Part shown: one piece after another, positions 19,211-26,095 of the stretch
How the letters are laid out: each line of letters begins with the position of its first letter
Position numbering within the stretch: position 1 is the stretch's first letter
Origin: Dehalococcoidia bacterium
GTDB lineage: Bacteria; Chloroflexota; Dehalococcoidia; Lucifugimonadales; JAGWBF01
Length of the DNA: 64,000 nt
Assembly (NCBI GenBank): GCA_965226805.1
Contig: CBDDDW010000016.1
Location: 9,393 to 73,392 of the forward strand
Reading direction: 5' to 3'
Position numbers and translations under genes: made by a program
The notes under the pieces: model-generated
The model's input: the letters and a program-made list of their open reading frames with translations, nothing else
Database searches by the model: none
Told to the model about the DNA's origin: nothing

Positions 19211-20602
19211 ATGGCCATTACGATAGATCTCCCTCAGGTCGGCGAGTCGGTTGTCGAAGGCACCATCGGCAAGTGGCTCAAGCAGCCCGGCGAGAGGGTC
19301 GAGAAGTACGACCCTCTCGTGGAGGTAGAGACGGACAAGGTGACGATGGAGGTGCCGTCTCCCGTAGATGGAGTGCTGACGCGCATTCTGGTCGAAGAAG
19401 GCACCACTGTCCCTATGGGCACACCCATCGCTGAGATTGAGGCGGCGGATGGGCAGGTCCCGGAACCGGAGCCGGCCAAACCAAAGGAAACCGTTGCTGA
19501 AAGAGCTCCCGAAGAGGTGGGCACAATCGGCTACTTCATGAAGGATGTGAAACCAGTTGGGCCGACGGGTGGCGGAGTGGAGGAAGCCGGAGAGCCGTCG
19601 GGTACGGCGCGCGGTGAGCCGAGGGAGGCCCAAGCTGATGTGGCCCCCCCGCCGCCGAAGAGCATGACGGCCTCGCCTTCACCAACGCCCTCCGTTGAAC
19701 GCCAACGCGAGGAATCCGGCCGCCATTCTCCCGCCGTGCGCCGGCTTGCCAGTGAACACAACGTGGACCTGAGCCAGGTCAAGGGGACAGGCCTGGGCGG
19801 CCGCGTCACGAGAAACGACGTGCTGGAGTTTATAGAGTCCAACGGAGCGGTGTCCTCTGGACTCCCGCTGCCTGCTGGGGCGCCCGGTCCCAGAGGCGTA
19901 GGTGTCGAGGAGGAATCTGTACCCCTCAGCCGCATAAGGCGCTTGATCGCCGAGAACATGGTCAGAAGCGCCACCGAGATACCCCATGCATGGAGCATGG
20001 TGGAGGCGGATGTGACTGGCCTTGTTAAGCACCGGGAGGCCACTAAAGAGGCGTTCCGTGAACGCGAGGGGATCGGACTCACCTACCTGCCCTTCGTCAT
20101 AAAGGTGGTGGTGGAGTGCCTTAAGGAGCACCCCATGTTGAGCTCCACCTGGGGCGGCGACAAGATCATCGTGAAAAAACGTGTGCACGTAGGCGTCGCG
20201 GTGGCCGCTCCCGACGGGCTTGTGGTCCCCGTGATACACGATCCAGACTCGATGGGCATAGCTGGACTGGCAAGGGCCGCCGCAGACCTGACGGCCAAGG
20301 CCCGGGATGGCAAGCTCACCCTGCCCGATATCCAGGGTGGCACCTTTACCGTGAACAATACGGGCGCCCTGGGCTCTATAGTCTCCCAGCCCATAATAAA
20401 CTATCCCCAGGCTGCCATTCTCACCACGGAGGCTATCCAGAAGCGGCCCGTAGTAGCGGGCGACGGCATCGCCATCCGCTCCATGATGAATATCTGCCTC
20501 TCCTTCGACCATCGGATCATCGACGGCGCCCAAGCCGGCGCCTTCCTTAAGTCGGTGAAACTCCGCCTGGAGGCCATCGGGCCAGATAGTCCGATCAACT
20601 GA
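19211..20602 (+). CDS. Dihydrolipoamide acyltransferase (E2) with lipoyl domain, E1/E3-binding domain and catalytic domain.
   Basis: 'VETDKVTMEVPSP' is the lipoyl-Lys motif, 'SPAVRRLASEHNVDLSQVKGTGLGGRVT' is the PSBD, and 'SFDHRIIDGA' is the catalytic His motif. Confidence 0.9.
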   Translation: MAITIDLPQVGESVVEGTIGKWLKQPGERVEKYDPLVEVETDKVTMEVPSPVDGVLTRILVEEGTTVPMGTPIAEIEAADGQVPEPEPAKPKETVAERAPEEVGTIGYFMKDVKPVGPTGGGVEEAGEPSGTARGEPREAQADVAPPPPKSMTASPSPTPSVERQREESGRHSPAVRRLASEHNVDLSQVKGTGLGGRVTRNDVLEFIESNGAVSSGLPLPAGAPGPRGVGVEEESVPLSRIRRLIAENMVRSATEIPHAWSMVEADVTGLVKHREATKEAFREREGIGLTYLPFVIKVVVECLKEHPMLSSTWGGDKIIVKKRVHVGVAVAAPDGLVVPVIHDPDSMGIAGLARAAADLTAKARDGKLTLPDIQGGTFTVNNTGALGSIVSQPIINYPQAAILTTEAIQKRPVVAGDGIAIRSMMNICLSFDHRIIDGAQAGAFLKSVKLRLEAIGPDSPIN

Positions 20603-20611
20603 GGATCTGCC

Positions 20612-21295
20612 TTGCCGTCTCTCCGCGAATGTCACGTTGTCCATGCCGGGACGATGGAGTACCTCACCGCCTGGGAGCTGCAGCGGGATCTCTTCGGTCA
20701 GGTACTCGAAGGGACAAAGCCGAATACCCTTCTGCTGCTTGAGCATCCACCGGTCTATACCGTGGGCCGCCGTGGTCGGCGGGAGCAGGTGCTCCTCACC
20801 GACGCCCAGCTTGCGGAGATGGGCATAGCCCTCTACGAAGCGGACAGGGGCGGAGAAGTTACCTACCACGGACCGGGCCAGCTGGTGGCCTACCCTGTAC
20901 TGGACCTGAAAGGATGGGGTGGCCCCGTCAAGTACGTCCGTGCCCTTGAGCAGATCATGATTAAGACCCTCGCGGACCACGGTGTCACCGGTAGCCTGGT
21001 GGAAGGGCTGACCGGGGTGTGGGTGGATGAGGAGAAGATGGCTGCCATCGGCGTGAAGCTAAGCCGCGGGGTAACCTACCACGGCATCTCCATCAACGTG
21101 AACAACGACCTGGCGCCCTTCAGCCACATAATCCCATGCGGCATTACAGACCGAGGCGTCACCTCGATTGAAGAGCAACTGGGAGGCCCGGTGGACATCG
21201 GCGCGGTGGCGTACAGCCTGGCGTACCACTTCGGCGCCCACATGGGCTTCCGCATGGAAGAGGTGGAGCAAGCCGCGTTTGCGAAGTCGATGTAA
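20612..21295 (+). CDS. lipB: Lipoyl(octanoyl) transferase.
   Basis: 'LLLLEHPPVYTVGRRG', 'DRGGEVTYHGPGQLV' and 'KLSRGVTYHGISINV'. Confidence 0.85.
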   Translation: MPSLRECHVVHAGTMEYLTAWELQRDLFGQVLEGTKPNTLLLLEHPPVYTVGRRGRREQVLLTDAQLAEMGIALYEADRGGEVTYHGPGQLVAYPVLDLKGWGGPVKYVRALEQIMIKTLADHGVTGSLVEGLTGVWVDEEKMAAIGVKLSRGVTYHGISINVNNDLAPFSHIIPCGITDRGVTSIEEQLGGPVDIGAVAYSLAYHFGAHMGFRMEEVEQAAFAKSM

Positions 21296-21297
21296 CT

Positions 21298-21335
21298 CCG
21301 CTCACAGTGAGCCTGGTCTGTCGAACCATGAGCGG
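21298..21335. repeat. Short intergenic repeat, family B (CCGCTCAnnGTGAGCCTG..TCGAACCATGAGCGG).
   Basis: Other copies are at 22735..22768 (same orientation) and 25045..25075 (inverted). Confidence 0.6.
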
Positions 21336-21352
21336 CTTCATTGGACCCATAC

Positions 21353-22562
21353 CTAGGGAACCTCTGAACAACTCGGCGCAAGCGTGGATGGGCAGAGTGG
21401 TTCCGTTCTTTGGAGACGTTCAGGCATCTTTGTGACGTTCCAGGTCGTGGTTGAGGCGTTCAGACCGTGTCTGTTGTGGCCTCGAAGCGGCTTTTCGGAG
21501 CCATCGCGGCTCCCCGGCCCTGATTTGCGCACTGCGCCCCTCTCATGCCGCCAGACGGCGCTCTGCCGTCATCAAGTTGGCCAGCCCCAGTAGCAATGCC
21601 AGCCGTTGCGCGTTCTTAGCCAACCCTCGGTAGCGCACCTTGGCGTAGCCAAAGCGCCGCTTCACGTACAGGAACGGATGCTCCACTTTCGCTCTGACCG
21701 ACGCTTTGCGCTTCTCCGCCAACGCCTCGTAGCTGCCAGGCTCCAGGTGACGTCGCCGGCCGGGCCTCATCGCCACTCGCCACTCCACATCCAACTCTCG
21801 ATTCTCCAACCGCTTGTCCACTCCCTGATACCCCGCATCCCCCCACACTCGTTTCTCTCCACCGTGCAGCAATCGGTGCGCTTCTGTCACATCATGCACG
21901 TTAGCTGGCGTCGTAGTCATGCTGTGTACCACTCCCGTCTCAGCGTCAGCGCCTACGTGTACTTTCATCCCGAAGCGCCACTCGTTCCCCTTCTTCGTCT
22001 GGTGCATCTCAGGGTCTCGCTCACCCGCACGATTCTTCGTCGATGACGGCGCCTCTATGATGCTCGCGTCCACGATCATCCCCTCCCGAAGCCGCAGTCC
22101 CTGGGACTCCAGATGACGGTTGATCTCCTCGAACAGACTCTGCCCCAACTCATGCTCTTCCAGCAGATGGCGGAAGTTCAGAATCGTCGTCTCGTCCGGC
22201 AGCGGGCCCGACAGCTTCAACCCTACGAACCGTCTCACCGACTCGACCTCGTAGAGCATGTCCTCCATACCAGGATCGCTCAAGTTGTAGAACAACTGCA
22301 CGCAGTGTATCCGCACCATCGCCGACAACTCATATGGTCGACGGCCTCGGCCCGCCTTGGGATAGAACGGACGGATGCGCTCTTCCATCTGTTCCCACGG
22401 GATCAGAGCATCCATGCGCTCCAGGAATATCTCCCGGCGGGTCTTGCGCTTCTTGCTCTCGTATTCCAAGTCCGCAAATGTTGGCTGGTCCATCAATTAT
22501 CTCCCCGAACACAGTGCTATTCTCTATGCTACTATGCCCAGACTTGTTCAGAGTATCCCTAG
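21353..22562 (-). mobile_element. IS5-family insertion sequence (IS proper 21357..22558, ~1.2 kb) flanked by a CTAG direct repeat.
   Basis: The terminal inverted repeats are GGAACCTCTGAACAACTC (left) and GGATACTCTGAACAAGTC (right, reverse complement). CTAG occurs at 21353..21356 and 22559..22562. A single IS5-type DDE transposase lies inside. Confidence 0.8.
21543..22496 (-). CDS. IS5-family DDE transposase (InsH-like).
   Basis: Collinear with E. coli IS5 InsH as I remember it: 'TFADLEYESKKRKTRREIFLERMD', 'FYPKAGRGRRPY', 'RDPEMHQTKKGNEWRFGMKVHVG' and 'ASVRAKVEHPF'. Confidence 0.9.
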   Translation of the reverse strand: MMDQPTFADLEYESKKRKTRREIFLERMDALIPWEQMEERIRPFYPKAGRGRRPYELSAMVRIHCVQLFYNLSDPGMEDMLYEVESVRRFVGLKLSGPLPDETTILNFRHLLEEHELGQSLFEEINRHLESQGLRLREGMIVDASIIEAPSSTKNRAGERDPEMHQTKKGNEWRFGMKVHVGADAETGVVHSMTTTPANVHDVTEAHRLLHGGEKRVWGDAGYQGVDKRLENRELDVEWRVAMRPGRRRHLEPGSYEALAEKRKASVRAKVEHPFLYVKRRFGYAKVRYRGLAKNAQRLALLLGLANLMTAERRLAA

Positions 22563-22591
22563 TTCTCAGTCAACTTCAATCTGATATAAAT

Positions 22592-22678
22592 GTCATTCTG
22601 AGCGAAGCGAAGAATCTGGAGTGGTTGTGGGGTAACCCCTCCCCAGATTCTTCGGTCGCTGCGCTCACTCAGAATGAC
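22592..22678. repeat. 87-bp imperfect palindromic REP/MITE-like element (family A).
   Basis: 'gtcattctgagcgaagcgaagaatctgg' … 'ccagattcttcggtcgctgcgctcactcagaatgac'. It lies immediately right of the IS5. Confidence 0.75.
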
Positions 22679-22734
22679 ATGCTATGGAAATCTTGTTGAC
22701 AAGGTACTAGTCTATCTACCGGCCTCTTCTTCAT

Positions 22735-22800
22735 CCGCTCATGGTGAGCCTGTCGAACCATGATGGCGCCTCTTCAGCTCACCCCGAGCTCGTCGAGGGC
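22735..22800. repeat. Family B repeat copy plus an adjacent 'CAGCTCACCCCGAGCTCGTCGAGGGC' module.
   Basis: Matches 21298..21335 and, inverted, 25045..25125. Confidence 0.6.
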
Positions 22801-22804
22801 TCAG

Positions 22805-24637
22805 CTAGTCCGGGGGCTCCTGCCAAGTGACGCGGACCGCCTCGAAGTCCTTCTCGAACCCCTTCAGCTGGACCCTGATGGGCTCCGTGTGAATGCCCGG
22901 CCCGCGTAGCGCTTCCTGGACCCCTGGATCATCCAAAAGCGCGGCCCCCATCACAATGTCCCCACCCAAACTCTCGCCCTGGAGCCGTACCGCCGCGTTG
23001 ACGGTTGTCCCGAAATAGTCGAGGCGATCATTCAGGTTCACGGCGATGCACGGCCCAGCGTAAACGCCGATTTTCAGGACAATGTCCGGGGACGATGAGC
23101 CTTTTTCGCTGAGAGACCGGTGTGCATCCAGACCCATAGCCACGGCGTCACCCGGTTCTCGGAACACTGCCATGACAGCATCGCCGATGGTCTTGACCAC
23201 GGCGCCGCTGTGCTCTGCGACCGAATCGAAAATCACCCGGAAATGATCCCTTACCATCGCGTATGCAAGAGCGTCGCCCTGAACTCTATAGAGAGTAGTG
23301 GAGGACCTCAAATCGGTGAACATAAAGCAAAGGTAGCGCACCTCGAAGTGCTCCTCGGGCGCCAGCGCCTCTGAGGAAAACAGGTCTCGGAAGTCTTGAA
23401 GAGTGGTGACGAAAGCGGCCGTGACCGCGTCGTCGGGCCATTGGGTCGCCTCCAGTATTACCAGTAGCTCCTGTTCCCTGGTATTCTCCACAGAGAGGGC
23501 AGTCCTGCCCGGCGCGACCGCTGCCCTCAGAGGCGTCAGCTCGCCGACGCTACACGAGAAGCGTATATCTCCTGGGCCCGGATGAGACTGGTCCACTTCG
23601 ATAAGCGCGGCTCCTTTTATCTGAGGTCCCCGCAGCCGGTACACTCCCGGAGAGAGGTCCACAGGCACTGTGAACCGGCCATCGGGGGCAATGGTCTGCT
23701 GCACTATGACATGTGGGGTGTTCCCAGGGCCTCCGACGCAGTAGCTGTTCTGTTCAATGCGCCGTACCCTCTCAGAGGGCCGGAAGGTAACCTCCACGGA
23801 TCGGTCGAAGTTGGCGTCGAACCGGATGTTGCAGGAAGAGCAGTGGGCCTGGCTGCGCAGGTCGCTAAGGGATGAGACTTGGCCCTTAGCCCCGCGACAC
23901 AAGGGACACATCAGGTCCCAGGTGAGATCGAGAAGCCCCAGGCGGGTGGCGTGAAGGCACAATCTGAGGACGGACTCCCGGCCTTCGCTCCAGCTGTCGG
24001 CCAGCCGGAAGGGTCTGATGCGACCACAGTCGTCATCGGAAGACGTGCGTATGAACCCGGCGAAGCGTTCCGCCACACCTGGTTCGAACCCGGCCTGGAC
24101 AAGAGAGGATTCCCCGGCGCTGAGGCGGGCCTCGGCCCTGCTCTTGGTGTCGGAGGTCTGATGAGGATATGGGGTTGGTGCTTCCCCCGCCAGGTGGCGT
24201 GCCACGTTACGGAACGCCCTATTGAAGTTGCGATACGTGCTCACTCCCAAGTAGTAACGGGCCGGAATGTGCCAGAGGAGTGAGCGGACCTCCGCCTCGA
24301 TCCTATAGGTCAGGCTCGTGCCGCCATCGTTGGGCTCCAGCTCGACCGTAGAGCGGACCTCTCGGAAAGGCCCGTTGTGGTACACGCGGAGGACGCTAAA
24401 CTCCTTCCCGCCTACCCAGTGAAAGGGATTCTCATCCCACGTTATCCGCCTGCCCAGGGACTTGAAGGAGCCCTGCCGCCGGGAACCCCCTTGAGGGTTC
24501 GGGGTCTCGGTGAAGGTCCATGGGCCTACCCCGACTGCCCGATTAAAGCCGTGAGTGTCGGAAACCAGTGGCCAGACACGTTCCGGCGATGCTGGGAGAT
24601 GCCATTTCCAGGTGTAGGCAAGTCTCCTACCTCCCAT
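22805..24637 (-). CDS. Class III adenylate/guanylate cyclase with an N-terminal SRPBCC-like domain and a central Cys-rich (CxxC…CxxC) domain.
   Basis: The C-terminal block 'FMFTDLRSSTTLY…GAVVKTIGDAVMAVF…GVYAGPCIAV…DYFGTTVNAAVRLQ' is a cyclase homology domain. 'CPLCRG…CSSCN' lies mid-protein. Confidence 0.8.
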   Translation of the reverse strand: MGGRRLAYTWKWHLPASPERVWPLVSDTHGFNRAVGVGPWTFTETPNPQGGSRRQGSFKSLGRRITWDENPFHWVGGKEFSVLRVYHNGPFREVRSTVELEPNDGGTSLTYRIEAEVRSLLWHIPARYYLGVSTYRNFNRAFRNVARHLAGEAPTPYPHQTSDTKSRAEARLSAGESSLVQAGFEPGVAERFAGFIRTSSDDDCGRIRPFRLADSWSEGRESVLRLCLHATRLGLLDLTWDLMCPLCRGAKGQVSSLSDLRSQAHCSSCNIRFDANFDRSVEVTFRPSERVRRIEQNSYCVGGPGNTPHVIVQQTIAPDGRFTVPVDLSPGVYRLRGPQIKGAALIEVDQSHPGPGDIRFSCSVGELTPLRAAVAPGRTALSVENTREQELLVILEATQWPDDAVTAAFVTTLQDFRDLFSSEALAPEEHFEVRYLCFMFTDLRSSTTLYRVQGDALAYAMVRDHFRVIFDSVAEHSGAVVKTIGDAVMAVFREPGDAVAMGLDAHRSLSEKGSSSPDIVLKIGVYAGPCIAVNLNDRLDYFGTTVNAAVRLQGESLGGDIVMGAALLDDPGVQEALRGPGIHTEPIRVQLKGFEKDFEAVRVTWQEPPD

Positions 24638-24644
24638 GTGGCAC

Positions 24645-24962
24645 CTACTCGCCTAGTGCGATGCTGGCCTGGATTTCCAGGCGCCGCCAGCTATCGCCCC
24701 GGTTGTCGCTTCGGTACATCTCGTCGCTGGCGCCCGCGAACACCACGTTGGGCTCTAGCGGATGTACCGCGATCACGCGGACCTTCGGTGACGGTGGGAG
24801 GCCGGTGGTGAGCTCCTCCCACCGGTTATCGCCGGGGAGCTTTCGATACAAGCCGCCGGTCCCAGCGCCGGCGTAGACGTGGGGTTCCGGAGGGGCGGAC
24901 TCCTGAGATGCCACGAGGGTTCCCTCCGAGGCGATTACGTATTGCTCAGTCTCGTTGATCAA
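24645..24962 (-). pseudogene. N-terminal remnant (~105 aa) of a BNR/Ycf48-like beta-propeller protein.
   Basis: 'YAGAGTGGLYRKLPGDNRWEEL' and 'SDNRGDSW' (SxDxGxxW BNR motif). It stops after about one and a half blades, 8 nt from the cyclase start codon. Confidence 0.4.
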
Positions 24963-25249
24963 TTTGTCATTGGGACGAAAGTGTCATTCCGAGTTATCAT
25001 GCCCCGGTGGGGCGCCACAGGCGGATGAAAATGAGTTGCATTTTCCTCATGGTTCGACGAGCTCACCATGAGCGGTAAAGGATGGTCTCTCCGCGCTCAT
25101 CCTGAGCCTGTAGAAGGACGAGGGCTTATTTTCAGAGCAGCGCAGCGAAGAATCTCAGTGGCGTTCGTCAGACCCTTCACTCCGTTCAGGGTGACATCCT
25201 CAGGGGGGTTTTCATTCTTGGTGGCGCTAGTGGCGGGCCTAGTGACAAT
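24963..25249. repeat. 287-bp intergenic mosaic of at least 4 short repeat modules (families A, B, B', D).
   Basis: The modules are 'gtgtcattccgag'; 'cctcatggttcgacgagctcaccatgagcgg'; 'cgcgctcatcctgagcctgtagaaggacgagggc'; 'gcgcagcgaagaatctcag'; and 'cccttcactccgttcagggtgacatcc'. Confidence 0.7.
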
Positions 25250-25960
25250 CTATCGAAGGTGGAAGTGCTTGAAGGCCTCGGCGTATGCCATGCCGTGGTG
25301 AATGCCGGCCTTTCGGCGCCATTCTCGCATCCAACCGTCTTGATCGTTTCCGTCTCCCACTTGGGACACGTGTTGCTTTAGCGCCTCAACAGCGGCATCG
25401 ATGGTTCCTGAGACATCGATCCACTTGTCGGGCTCCTGGTTGTTCCCCACTAGAAGCTCCCTCACCTTGTGGGGCTCCAGCCCCTCCTCTAGGAGCTCGG
25501 GAAAGGTCAACCGGTCCCGGGCCGCGGGGAATACCGCCGACATGGCTGCCTCTCCGGCTGCGATGTGGTCTGGGTGGCCGATGTATCCGTTTCCGTCGAG
25601 GGTTCTGACCGGGCTCGGGCAAATCAAAATGTCTGGCCTGTGTCGCCTGATCTGCCGTACCATATCACGCCGTAGCTCCAATGTCGGCTGAAGCATGGAG
25701 TCCTCGTAACCCAAGAACACCACTTCTTTGAGCCCCAGCACTCTCCCCGCCGCCAGCTGCTCCTCCCGGCGTATCTCCACCAGGCGTCCGGGGGTCATCT
25801 CTGCGTCGCTGCTGCCCTTGCTGCCATCCGTGCAGATTACGTACACCACCTCCATCCCCTCGCTACACCATTTCGCCACTGTTCCAGCGCATCCGTACTC
25901 GGCGTCGTCGGCATGGGCAACTATCACCATGCCCCGCTGATAGGGTTCCTCCTCGGCCAT
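25250..25960 (-). CDS. PIG-L/LmbE family deacetylase (paralog of 6421..7143).
   Basis: 'MVIVAHADDAEYGCAGTVAKW', 'CTDGSKG' and 'GHPDH'. It lies 135 bp downstream of the cysS-GT2 fusion on the same strand. Confidence 0.75.
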   Translation of the reverse strand: MAEEEPYQRGMVIVAHADDAEYGCAGTVAKWCSEGMEVVYVICTDGSKGSSDAEMTPGRLVEIRREEQLAAGRVLGLKEVVFLGYEDSMLQPTLELRRDMVRQIRRHRPDILICPSPVRTLDGNGYIGHPDHIAAGEAAMSAVFPAARDRLTFPELLEEGLEPHKVRELLVGNNQEPDKWIDVSGTIDAAVEALKQHVSQVGDGNDQDGWMREWRRKAGIHHGMAYAEAFKHFHLR

Positions 25961-26095
25961 CCGGAATTACCTCCGAAACTGGGAATTTCTGCCCAAAAGC
26001 AGAGTGCACAACTCTATTATAGCGGCTCTTTCAACAGGAGGTAAGAGAGTGGGACGCGGACGGGTTCGCTTGGCGTGGGGCCAGAGAGACGCGGG

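Noticed and set aside
19679-20980. 433-aa minus-strand ORF spanning E2 and lipB.
   Set aside because: It crosses two well-supported sense genes and an intergenic gap. Its translation is featureless, a typical high-GC shadow ORF.
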